A stretch of DNA of 64,000 nt. It comes from the human T2T-CHM13v2.0 reference genome, Homo sapiens. Position 1 is the first letter of the stretch; each line of letters begins with the position of its first letter. The DNA lies in assembly GCF_009914755.1 (NCBI RefSeq), contig NC_060926.1; one strand, written 5' to 3'. This document shows, in pieces, positions 23,926-36,617 of the stretch. Under the pieces are notes generated by a model. That model ran no database searches and had not been told where the DNA came from. It saw nothing but the letters and a program-made list of their open reading frames with translations. The position numbers and the translations under genes were made by a program.

Positions 23926-26900
23926 AAAACAACTATTACTATTTTTTCAGGACTCAGGACATTTCAATGCAAATTCAAGGGAGTAATATTCCTTTCCTTT
24001 ATGATGCATGGTTAAGAGAGTTTCATAGGAGAATTCCTTGACCTCAGAGTATTAGAACCATAACAAGAGTCTTATTTCTCAACCTTACAACATAACCAAT
24101 GCTACATTTATTTATCTTTTAAGTCACATTATAGTAGACTTGGGGTCAACATGTCAACAGCTGGTCAGGGATGGCAGCACTAGTCATTTTGGAGGCTAGC
24201 ATTTACTCCTAGAGTCACAGAAAAATGTGGAAGTATAGAGCGTTGAGAAAAATGCTTTCAGTCTTTATGCTGTCACTGTCACCAATGATATTCTCATTAT
24301 TCAAGCAACACACTACCTTGAAGTCTGGCAACTCCACACAAGCGGAAGGATAACAGGGTGGGGAGAGTTTTATATTCAACTCCCACACTCCACAATTCAC
24401 ACTGGTCTCCAGTCAGTAGACCATGTTGCTGAGTGGGATTCCTGTGCTGTGATCCTTTGTCCCTGAAGCAAGCTCTTTCTTGAAGATCTCCCTGAATAGT
24501 CCAGGAGGGTTGTATGTACAGGAGATGTATGTACAGGGTTGTATGTACAGCTGTACTTAAACAGCTTTATTTGCCATAGCTCAATCCTAGTGGAAACCCA
24601 GGTTCCTCTTCGTTAGGGACAGTCATTACTTTGTTTTTGTTTGGTTTCAGTCCTTAATTCAATCAGAGACAATAAAAAGACTTTGGAAGACAGAACACCT
24701 TCCAATTCCTTAGCTTGGGCCTATCAGAGTCATGATTTTAGCTGAATTAGGACATCTGTTATGCTTTATTTGGCTTTATAGTCATCTGATAACTTCCTAA
24801 AGGTACTCAGAAGCAAGTGGGTATCCTATGTTTGATTTTCAAGACAGGTTTGTAAACCCTCCTGTACATACTTGTGGTTCAAGGCTGATGAAAAATCATT
24901 CTGATTCTAAAGAACTTGTTTTAAAGGTAGAGAAGTTAGTTTTAGGATGAACTAATTGGTGGTTGGTGTAGGATTTGGGGAGTGGAATTTAGTTGAATTC
25001 GGCTGTTTGCATCTGCTTGTTAATGCACTTCACTGCTTTTTTCTGCAATTAGAGAAATTTAAGCTTAGATGGCCTAGAAAGAACTCTGTAATTAATCAGA
25101 TTCAATGTGGATGTTGGAAAAGCAGTAAAAAGTCTGGGAAAAAAGGAGGCAAGTAAAGTGGACCTAGAGATTCATGAAATAAGCTGATTACATTTGTTAC
25201 AGATTTGTTATACCTATATTATAGGTTTGTTGATTTATTACAGATTTGTTATATATTCTGTCAAAAACAAATAAGCCAAAACATGCCAAATAGATATTTT
25301 GTCCTTTTGGTCATTCTCTAGGGAACAGTATGTCCTAGCCTGTTTTGCAGGGATTTAGGTTACAGCTATGTATGACAACATACATACAGTCACATTAGAG
25401 CACATACACTAGTCTTGCCCAAGGTTGGCCAGTGTGATTCAGTTCTCCTATTCAGATTTGCATATCCCCTTAATTTCTGGGGAAGACACTTTAAGGCGTG
25501 GACATGATCAGTAGTTCTTTGTCCAGTGACTTTCTCCCATACTGCACAGGATTGGGTTTCTATTTAAATATGTCAGGTCAAAAACTGAATGTGTAGCAAT
25601 CAGTGTGTTCGATATGACAGAATTCTTGAGAGCAAATCTGGTTTCAGAGGTTTGTATTTCTGTACAATTGATAAATACAGTAAACAAGGAACTAAAGGCA
25701 TGGAGTCAGGGGAAGGAGTCTATGAGATTACAAAACAGGATAGAAGCCAGAAAAGAAGGATTTGTAAGAGCTCCATTCATGTGTTATATTGTATAAAATG
25801 AAATAGGAAAACTGTGAATAAGGCAGTAAATGCATGTCAGGATTTGGAATAATTTTATTACCCACTAGAGTTACACTCTTGTGTATCTCGATATTACCAG
25901 TTCTTTTCAGAGTAATATGCACTTTAAATTTTTCTCCAATGATACGAAGGCAATATTCTGAACAATAGTTGCTACTATTTCAGGACTTATAGTTTTTACT
26001 TTTATTTTTGTTTTAGTGAAGTCAGCAGTTTCCAAAGAGTAACCTAAAGCTATGTTTAGATTCATCTTCGGTAGTCAACTTTTTAAAACAGAGCACAAAG
26101 CATGGGTTGAAAGAGGGAAAAATAAGGCCACTTTTGAATAGAAAGTAGAATAATATCATAGATATTAAAAAGGAATGTTCATTGTGTTTTCTTAGTTTTC
26201 ATGAAATTACAAATACATACTTTTTGTAGCTAGGACTGGCTTTCAAAATATAGAGTGTATGAGCCTTATGTACAGTCATACCATAAGATCTTTGACTCCA
26301 AGTTTGGAAGGGACAGTTTTTTCAGAGTCCTTCCTTTATCACCCAATTAAGAATCAGCTTATTATAATCCTGACAGAAGTACAGACAGCTTCTGCTTCAA
26401 ATGCCTGCGGGGATAAGGACCACACAGAGTTTCACAAGATTACTCTATACTGAGGTGGAATGTTTTATATGGATATGGAGCCAAAATCTGTTTACTTGTA
26501 GTTGATACTACAATAATATTTACGGGACATTATTACCCAGAATAATTCATCTTTTACCCTGAAGTTTTCCAAATATTAGGGAAGTAACACTGTATTGGAG
26601 GTACAGGCTGAATTGCTGTTCCAGTGCCTCTTATAAACATATAACTCAGAGAAACATTCCAAGACTATGTCTTAACCGAGCTCGGTCTTATTAAAGAATC
26701 ACATGTTAGATTCCAAGCAAATTTATTATTTAAATAAAAGCTAACTTGTTTATTTATACATAACTTAAATGGTCCTGTATCTTTTTTTAACCATACGTTC
26801 TTTTTAAGTCAGTGCACACAATCTGTTTACATAGCCCCTTGGTCTGATACGAGAAATCTTGCTTCACAGTTCACATCACTGGGGGAATACTGGTGGAGAC

Positions 26901-26931
26901 AAAAGAGAATGGGAAATGATATGCTTAGTAC

Positions 26932-26995
26932 TATATATTTTATTGAATCTAACATGTCATTGATTATGAGATACACCTTTATTTTATGAACTGCT
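26932..26995 (+). mobile_element. DNA transposon end fragment (MER96B/Kanga-like)
   Basis: tatattttattgaatctaacatgtcattgattatgagatacacctttattttatg resembles the recalled terminus ccgtatttcatcgaatctaagacgccatcgattgtaagacgcaccattattttatg. Confidence 0.55.
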
Positions 26996-28674
26996 TTGGA
27001 TCCATGAAGTAGGATATTTATTAATTTGAAATATTACATAGCTAAATGAAAACTGAGACCAATTCCTCTTATTCTATTCTTCTCTACAGGTAGGGATAGG
27101 GGAGGACAAGAGAGGAACCATATAAAGTGACTATTAATCTCTCTATGTATTTTATGCCAAATAATCAAATATTGAGAGTGGCTAGCAATGTGGAAGAGGG
27201 GGCAACATAAGCATTTTTCATATTTTTAAAACATGGCACCGTATGAAAGTGGCTAAAAACCTGGCAAGGCTTTTCTGAATAATAGCAATTTTACTATTTT
27301 TTTTCTACAAAGATTTTTTTGTACTCTTAGCATATAAACAGTCAGTATAGATGGCATTTATTAAGCTTTATCAATTACATGTCACATTGTGTGATGCTTT
27401 TTTCTTCTTAATATTATTTTTAAATCTTATGAGAAACAAAAATATCAGGATGAAGAATAGACCGAGAACTTGGGATGAGTGTGAGGGAATCCAGAGACAG
27501 GGAGAAATAGTGTAAAAAGAAGAATCAAAGATATAATTTCTGTTACCGTGGCTCATTACATGCTAGTCAATATCTTTCTTTGTTTAATTTACCAAGTTAA
27601 AAGAACAAGTCAATAATACCATACATAGGAGGATATAATAAAAGTCAGAATAAAAGAGGAAGACTGAGTAAGTGGAAGGATTTACCATTGATAGTAGCAG
27701 AGACATATTTTTAAATGTTTTGCTGCTATGGACATTGGGTATACACAACCTAGTTATGGATATTGTCATGATTTTAAAAATAAATCCTGAGTTAGTTTAG
27801 CATGCATTATATTTCCAGATCAATGCTAAAGTTTAGGAGAGGAAAGTTCATTACAAAAATTTTTTTAAAGAAAATACGAACTGAATTTGTATTATGTAGA
27901 AAAAGACTAAAGCTGAAAGAGAAACATGTGAGCCTTGTTAGTAACCCTTTGCTGTATAAGCCAAGACCTCTGAAGACTTTCTTGATGCTTTAGAAGGCAA
28001 GAACGTTTCACTAAACTTGTTTATAAAATTTACCGTAGATCACCTACATTCTTTTCATTTCCTTGAAATTAAAAAAAAATTAACTTGGCTCATAGGGGCC
28101 TGCAAATGATTTTAAAGGCCAACCTGCCATATGAACAGGAACCCACTAACTTGGGCATAATCATAAGTTTCCTTTTTATCAATCTGGGGAGGCGTTCGCT
28201 CCTACTCTTCTTTCCTTTTTCTTTCCTATTTTTTTTTTTTTTACCCTTGTATTTTATGTGAGACAATAAGGTTTGCCTTTTAAGTTGAAACTTAGGGAAA
28301 AACAAAACAAAGCTTGTTCTCTTTCCTGTTAGGTGTTGATAAGGAACACTACAGATACCAGGAAACTGACTTGAATTTTTGGCAGAGGATAGTATTTGTA
28401 GCTATTGCCAACTTGACGCTTATACCTATGTGGGAAGTGTGATGATGCTTTTTCTTTCCCTAGATATTGCAGAGGACTTGGAGTGCCATTATACAGCTCT
28501 CTCTCATCTCTTTATTATCTGAACAGGAAAATCATTTCATTGAATTGTGGTCACACACCTGGCAAAATTTATTTTTTCTAGATTACTGGCAGTGAAATGT
28601 AACATGAAAAGCAGAGAAGGACAATAGTATAGACAAGACATTCTTTCGCCTGTCAGGATGTGATCCCATCTGGA

Positions 28675-29182
28675 CTACGGTATATTGATTGCAAAAATAA
28701 CCCAAATTCTTCCCTGTATCCATGCCTTTTGTAAGGTATTTGCAACATCTCCCAACAAGGAGGGTATTTCCTCATCCTATAATCTGAGCTGGTTTAGTGA
28801 CTTGATTTGGTTTAAAGAATGTGACGGAAATGCTGGTGTGCCAGTTCTGATCAGAGCCCTCTGAAGTTTCTATGTACTACCACTCTCCCTCAGATCCCCA
28901 CCTCAACAAAGAAAATAAGCCCTGCTGGAGTACTAGAGGATGAGAAGCCGTGAGGAGCAGAGCCCAGAGAGCTGAGATCCTCCTTGACCAGCCAACCCTG
29001 AGCCAATCCACCAGCTGACCCAGATGTCTAAGCCTGGCCAGCCAAGATCAGTTGAGTTTTGCTTAAATCAGCAGAACCTCCTAGCCCATGTGTGGACCCA
29101 TAAGCCAAAATTAACATTTATTGTTGTATGCCATCAAGGTTTTGTGATTGTCACGCCAGAGTATTTTTTGTAATTGGAAGTA
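28675..29182 (+). mobile_element. MLT1H/G-like LTR
   Basis: gattgcaaaaataacccaaattctt...gtgacttgatttgg...gtgccagttctga...ccagctgaccc...atttattgttgtatgccatcaaggttttgtg. Confidence 0.8.
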
Positions 29183-29599
29183 TCTCTTTCCAATGAACCA
29201 ATGGGCACTGATATATGGCAGTAGGTTGAGGCATCTACTTTCCCTGAGTTTAATTCAAAGACTTCTAGAAGTTCCCAAGCTGTTATTTATATTCGTTTCA
29301 TGTTTCTTGCAACTAGTTTTCCAACTTCTTTTCCTCCCAGTTTGCCACAGAAAAAGAATGATTAAAGAGTCAAGTCTGTATTTGGAATTCTCAGCTTCTT
29401 TTAAAATGTATCTTCCCATGAAGGTTCCCCAGCACACGTGCCTCCTCCTTGCAGTCTCTTGTTAACCTGTTCAAAGGACCCACTTCAGTCACTTGTAGGA
29501 ATAAATGAATGAAAATGCATACAATATTATGGAAATAGTTGAATTTTAATAGAGCCCAAAGTCTTACATTGTTTTTGCTTCAGTTGTAATCTTAGGCCA

Positions 29600-29685
29600 C
29601 TTACAGCAGAATCATCTGGGGGAGATGAGTAAAATGCATATTCTTAGGTCCCACCCTGACTTACTACATCAGAAACAGAATTGGA
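29600..29685. mobile_element. MER5-like fragment
   Basis: cagaatcatctgggggag...aaaatgcatattcttaggtcccaccctgacttactacatcagaa. Confidence 0.6.
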
Positions 29686-30109
29686 GCAGAGGTTGATATA
29701 GTTAGGTTTGGCAGCAATTTTTGTTTGCTTGTTTCTTTTTTGTTTAGTATGGTTTTCCACTTGTGAAATTATACAACAGACTCAGATCAACAGTCAGCTC
29801 CTCCATTTAATTGAATGGGAAACTTTCTTTGCAGTCAGGCATCAAGAAAAACCTCCATGTATTTCAAATATACAGGTTTATATTTGAATGTAAAATTAGA
29901 AGAAATAAAGAATTATGCCATGACTGGAAGCACCCAGGGAACAAAGATTAGGAAGGCTATTACCAGCAACCCTATCCTGCAGCACCTAAGCAGCTAGTTC
30001 TTAAGAAATTAACCTGAAATTTGCTTCAAACGTTACCTCTGACACCAGCACACATATCTGTCCAAATCTGTTTCTGTGAATTAATGGTCTATCCTTGTCT
30101 TTCACTTTC

Positions 30110-30285
30110 TAGATTTCATGCAAGTGTCTCTCATTAGCTGACTCTAACTTGAAACCAGGTGGAGAAGGGGAATCTGGAAAATGTAGTTCCCAGCTTCTTC
30201 CTTGATATGCAGAAATATCTAAGAAGAAGCTGGCAATCAGGACAAATTGACAACAGAGAATCCAGCATATATCGAATCCCTGAAG
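30110..30285 (-). mobile_element. old MLT1-type LTR fragment
   Basis: ctctcattagctgactcta...ggggaatctggaaaatgtagttcccagc is typical of ancient MLT1 in antisense. Confidence 0.4.
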
Positions 30286-30689
30286 TGGTGACACTGAAAC
30301 TGGGATCCAACAGTTTTAAAGAATAAAATCTCCACTTTTAGGTAGGAAGCTAGAAGAAGTATAAGTGTTATCTAAATATTGTTATATTTACAGATAATTT
30401 TGGAGAATTTAAACTAAGAAAAGATGGAGATAGGATTTCCTGTCATACTCTATAGGTATCAACAATTCGGTCTTCACAGTTTTATACTCATTGTACATAA
30501 TGAAATTAATACTTTTTGTAAAATATCAAAAATAAGAATAAAACTATACACTAGAAATAGCAAATATCAAAAGTGACCAGGTGTGACTGCTAATGCCCTC
30601 TATTGGTGATAGGCAGGTTGCACAGGTTTTAATTCTGCCACTTATTTGTGAACATTGGTAAGTTCAAAGTTCATGAGCAAAGGACAATC

Positions 30690-30693
<4 letters not shown>

Positions 30694-30731
<38 letters not shown>
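30694..30731. repeat. (TG)19 microsatellite
   Basis: Perfect run seen directly. Confidence 0.97.
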
Positions 30732-30737
<6 letters not shown>

Positions 30738-30814
30738 AATTTCCATCTTGAGCAAAAATAAATGTCAAATGTGTGGCAGGGAATGAAAGCAGCTTATGTT
30801 TATTTTGTTTACAT

Positions 30815-30990
30815 AATTTTATTGAATGCTTACAACAAGCCTGTAAAGTGAATATTGTTTCCATTCTGTACATTTTGGAGCTAAGGGTCAGAGAGAATAG
30901 TTACCTCCAAGTCACATATTTTATAAAAGGCAGAGCCAGAATTTAAACCTATAGCTTCTGACTCCAAGCTGCGTGCTCTTCCCACGTCAT
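30815..30990 (-). mobile_element. MIR
   Basis: ccattctgtaca...agttacctccaagtcaca...ggcagagccagaatttaaacc...ctgactccaagctgcgtgctctt. Confidence 0.75.
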
Positions 30991-31104
30991 CTCTCTGCTT
31001 CCATAAATACAATTTTTCAGTATACAAAGTCCCTGTTTTGCAGAGAGGAGAACATAGCATTCTTTTCTCTTTTGCTCTTGTCCTTTCAACCTCCGCTGCT
31101 GACT

Positions 31105-31605
31105 CTCATGATGGAAGGGAGGAAGAACATTTGTCTTCTTTTTTTCAGTCCTCCTAGCATCTATTCCTCCTTCTTATGAGCATATCCATTTCTTTCCAGA
31201 AGATTTCCACTCTCTTTCTGTGTGCGGTCTTAGTGAAATGTTGAAACCAGGGTTTGCCTCCTACTACTGAAGCTGAAGTGGCAGAATACTTCAGTCCACC
31301 ACCCTAGTACAGCTAAGGAGTGAACAGGTGACTCAAGATTGGCCAGTCAAATGCGTTCCTCTAGAGCTTTGAAATTTGAGCAAAGGATGGAAATCAAATT
31401 TGAAGACCATGTGATTCAATGGCAGACTGTTTGGTATAAAAATCACTATTGTAGATCCTGTTTCGTTGCTGGTTTAGTTTGTCAATTTTCAAATAACAAC
31501 AACCTTCCTTTAGATTACGTGATTGTCAACTGCTACTACTCTTACCTTTCTTTTCAAAGTTGGCTAGATTAAGTTTCTATCACAATTAAGAATCCAAATT
31601 AATAT
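31105..31605 (+). mobile_element. ancient ERVL/MaLR-type LTR (family uncertain)
   Basis: gtgactcaagattggccagtcaaatgcgttcctct and a terminus ggctagattaagtttctatcacaattaagaatccaaattaatata. Confidence 0.4.
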
Positions 31606-34120
31606 AATCATCTCTAATCATTAATACATTCACCTGCTTTAATCCATTTAAAATATGTAAATGTGGGTATTAAAAATAAATCCAAGATCTGGAAAAAATA
31701 ACTTTGTATTAGATAATTTTATTGAATTTAATGTACAGTATGTACATAAAGCAGAAATGCTTTTAGTTTCTTGCGGCAGAGAAAATTCCGTTGCTTTTTA
31801 AAATCTTGGAATAAAATAGAAAAAATGGGAACAAAAAAGATAGCATAGAGGTGGGAATTGTTACTATACAAAATTGATGCTGTAAATATGTAAATAATGT
31901 ACCTCAACTAAGAACTTTCTGGAAGTCTGTGCAATAAGAAAACATGGTCAGTTGCATACATATGAGGATTCTCAAGATAAAAATGACTTACAATTACTCC
32001 TGTACTGAGTCTACAGAAAAAAAATATAGTTCTTGTGCTCTCATGTTGTAACTGTACAAAATGCAGCAAATAGTATCTGGAAAGGCACCGCTAGAGGAAA
32101 TACTACAGCTTGGTTCACTGGCTGTTTTTAATAATATTCCTCAATGTAAGTTAATAGCATTATGCCAAAGTAACATTCACTGAAAGCAATTCTGATGGGG
32201 ACAAAAATGATATGACCTCAGTATGTAATCCTCTGGGTCTTGTGTTTTATTCATGGAGAGATTTTAAATACGGCACATCTCGGGGTTTTTACACTGTATT
32301 GTGCTTTGCAGAAATTGTAGTTTTTTTCACAGATCAAAGTTTTGTGGCAACCCTTTGTTAATCAAGTCTATCAGCACCATTTTTCCAATAATATGCCCAA
32401 TTTGTATATCTGTGTCATATTTTAGTAATCTTTGCAATATTTCAAGCTCTTTTGTGATCATTATACCTGTTATGGTTATCTGTGACCAGTGATCTTTGAA
32501 ATTACTATTGTAATTGTTTTGGGATGCCATGAACCATGCCCACACAGCTAACTTAATAAATGGTGTAGGTGTTGTGATTGCTCCGTCAACCAGCCATTTC
32601 TTCATGTCTCTTCCTCTTCTTGGGCCTCCCTAATCCCTGAGACACAACAATATTGAAATTAGGCCAATGAATGAGCCTACTGACCTCTAAGTGTTCAAGG
32701 AAAAAAAAAAAGTAACTTGTATCTCATTTTAAATCAAAAGCTAGAAATAATTAGTCTTGTGAGGAAGACATGTTGAAAGCCAAGATAGGCTGAAAGCTAG
32801 CCTGCTTGTGCCAAATAGCCAAATTGTGAATCCAAAGGAAAAGCTCTTGAAGAAAATTAAAAGTATTACTCCAGTGAACACATGAATGATAAGAAAACAA
32901 AACAGCCTTTTTGCTGATGTGGAGATAGTTTTAGTGGTCTGGATAAAAGATCAAACCAGCCACAACATTTACGTAAGCCAAAACCTAATCCACAGCAAGA
33001 CTCTTCAATTCTATGAAAGATGAGATAAGTGAAGAAGCTACAGAAGAAAAGTTTGCAGCTGGCAGAGCTTGGTTCAGGGTTTAAGGAAAGATGTCTCCAT
33101 AACATAAAAGGGCAAGGAGAAGCTACAAGAGCTGGTATAGAAGCTGAAGCAAGTTTTACAGAAGATCTAGCTAAGATAACTGATGAACGTGGCACACTAA
33201 ACAGATTTTCAATTTAGATAAAACAGCCTTTTATCAGAAGGAGATGCCATCTGGAACTTTGATAGCTAGAAGGGAGAAATCAATGCCTGGCTTCAAAGCT
33301 TCAAAAGACAGGCTGACTTTGTTCTTAGGGGCTGATGCAGCTGGTGCCTTTAAGTTGAAGACAATGCTCATTTACAGTTTGAAAATCCTAGAGACCTTCA
33401 GAATTATACTAAATCTACACTCCCTGTGCTCTACAAGTAGAACAACAAAACCTGGTTGACATCACATACATTTATTCTATGGTTTACTGAATATTTTAAG
33501 CCTACTGTTGAGACCTACATCTCAGAAAAAATATTACTTCTCATTGACAATGCACCTAGTCACTCAAGATTTCTGATGGAGATGTACAAGAAGATTAATG
33601 CTGTTTTCCTGCCTGTTAACACAATATCCGTTCTGCAGCCCATGGATCAAGGAGAATTTTTAACTTTAAGTCTTACTATTTAAGAAATGCATTTCATAAG
33701 GCTATAGCTGCCATAGGTAATTCCTCTAATGGATTGGGGCAAAGTAAATTAAAAACCTTGCACGAAAGATTCACCAGTCTAGGTGCCACTAACAACATTC
33801 ATGATTCATGAAAGAATCATGAAGTCAAAATATCAACATTAACAGGAGTTTGAAAGAAGTTGATTTCAACCCTCATGAGTAACTTTTTGATGGGGTCAAG
33901 ACTTCAGACTGCAGAAGTGGTAGAAACAGTAAGAGAACTAGAGTTAGAGATGGAGCCTGATGATGTGACTAACTTGCTGCAATCTCGTGATAAAACTTGA
34001 ATAAATGAGTTGCTTCTTATTGATGAGCAAAAAATAAATGGTTTATTTGTTGAGATAGAAACTTTTGTAGGGAAGATGCTGTGAACATCACATTGCTGAA
34101 ATAACAACAAAAGATTTTAA

Positions 34121-34453
<333 letters not shown>

Positions 34454-34820
34454 TGACACAGAAGCACAAGGGTTTGAGAGGAGTGACTTCAGTTTGGAAA
34501 GAAATTCTACTGTCAGTAAAATGCTATCAAACAACATTGCATGCTATAGAGAAATCTTTTGTGAAAAGAGGAGTCAATTGATTCACTAAACTTCATTGTT
34601 TTCTTATTTTCAGAAATTGCCACAGCCACTCCAACCTTTAGCAACCACCACCCTGGTCAGTGAGCAGCCAACCATTGAAGGTAGGACCCTTAAGCAAAAC
34701 CGTTATGAATAACTGAAGGCTCGGATGACTGTTACCATATTTAAATTAATGTATGTACTGGTTTTTACAGATTTAATGCTATTGCACACTTCATATACTA
34801 CAGTATAATGTAAACATAAC

Positions 34821-36302
34821 TTTTTACTTTATTTGAACTTTTAGGTTCAGGGGTATATTTGCAGGTTTATTATATAGGTAAATTTCATGTCATGGAAATT
34901 TGGTGTACATATTATTTCGTCACCTGGGTGATAAGTATACTACCTGATGGGTAGTTTTTCAATCCTCATCCTCCTCCCTCCCTCCCTCCACCCACAAGTA
35001 AGCCCCAGTGTCTGTTGTTCCCTTCTTTGTGTCCATATGTATTCAATGTTTAACTCCCATTTATAAGTGAGAAAATGCAGTACGTGGTTTCCTTTTCTTG
35101 TGTTAGTTCGCTTAGGTTAACGGCCTCCAGCTCCATCCATGTTGCTGCAAAGGATATGATCTCGTTTTTTATTATAGCTGTGTAGTATTCCATGGTGTGT
35201 ATGTACCACATTTTTTGATCCAGTCTACCATTGATGGCATTCAGGTTGAATCTATGTTTTTGCTATTTTGAGTAGTCCTGCAATGAACATATGCATGCAT
35301 GTGTCTTTATGGTAGAATGATTTATATTCCTTTGAATATATGTCCAATAATGGGATTGCTGGGTTGAATTGTATTTCTGATTTGAGTTATTTGAGAAATC
35401 ACCATACTGCTTTCCACAATGACTGAACAAAATTCCCACTAGCAGTGTATAAACGTTCCCTTTTCTCTGAAACCTCACTAACATCTGTTATTTTTTTATT
35501 TTTTAATAATATCCATTCTGACTAGTGTGAGATGGTATCTCATTGTGGTTTTGATTTATATTTCTCTAATGATTAGTGACCTTGAGCATTTTTTCATATG
35601 ATTATTGGCCACATGCATGTCTTCTTTGGAAAAGTGTCTTTTCGAGCCCTTTGCCCACTTTTTGATGGGGTTGTTTGTTTCATGTTTGTTGATTTGTTTG
35701 TTTCTTATAGAGTCTTGATATTAGACCTTTGTCAGATCCATACTTTGCAAATATTTTCTCCCATTCTCTAGGTTGTCTATTTACTCTGTTGATAGTTTCT
35801 TTTGCTGTGCAGAAACTCTTTAGTGTAATTAGGTCCCATTTGTCCATTTATGTTTTTGTTGTAATTGCTTTTGGCATCTTTGTCATGAAATCTTTGCCAG
35901 GGCCTACGTCCGGAATGGTATTTCCTGGGTTTTCTTCCAGGGTTTTTGTAGTTTCAGGTTTTACATGTAACTCTTTAATCCATCTTGAGTTAATTTCTGT
36001 ATATGATGTAAGGTAGGAGTCCAGTTTCAGTCTTCTGCATATTGCTAGCCAGTTATCCCAGGACAATTTATTAAATTGTTCCTCTCCCATTTGCTTATTT
36101 TTATCAGGTTTGTTGAAGATCAGATTGTTGTAGATGTACAGCACTATTTCTGGTCTCTCTATTCTGTGTCATTGGTGTATGAGGCTGTTTTTGTACCAGT
36201 ACCATGCTTTTTTGGTTACTGCAGCCTTAGAGTGTAATTTGAATTTGGGTAATGTGATGCATCTAGCTTTGTTCTTTTTGCTTAGGATTGCCTTGACTGT
36301 TA
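34821..36302 (-). mobile_element. L1PA13-16-like 3' 1.5 kb inserted into Tigger1
   Basis: Antisense L1 3'UTR plus ORF2 C-terminus (ORF track [49 protein letters not shown]). Confidence 0.93.
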
Positions 36303-36617
36303 GAGAACACAGGTCCTCTATCATAAACAACCCAAAAAATTTGTGTGACTCACTCTATTGAGATATTTGCTTTATTGCAGTGGCCTGGAACTGAACTTCC
36401 AATATCTCTGAGGTATGCCTGTATTTAGAGGAATGGGCAGGCTACTAACATTCAAGTACCCTTCCAAAACCATCATTTTTGTAGAGTATTGCTGAGAAAT
36501 GAGTTCAGGGTTATACTCCATAACAATTACCTTCTGGAGAATTAGTCTATGTTGGCTGTGGAGCAGATAGATGGTTACTCTGGCCATTGTTAAAGTGGAG
36601 GGAGTAAAAAGATGAAG

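Noticed and set aside
24215-24400. Cys-containing 61-aa minus-strand ORF as an exon or pseudogene
   Set aside because: No recognisable homology or splice signals.
33029-33683. Domesticated TIGD/CENP-B-like gene
   Set aside because: The transposase is fragmented across frames by stops and indels within an ordinary Tigger1 copy.
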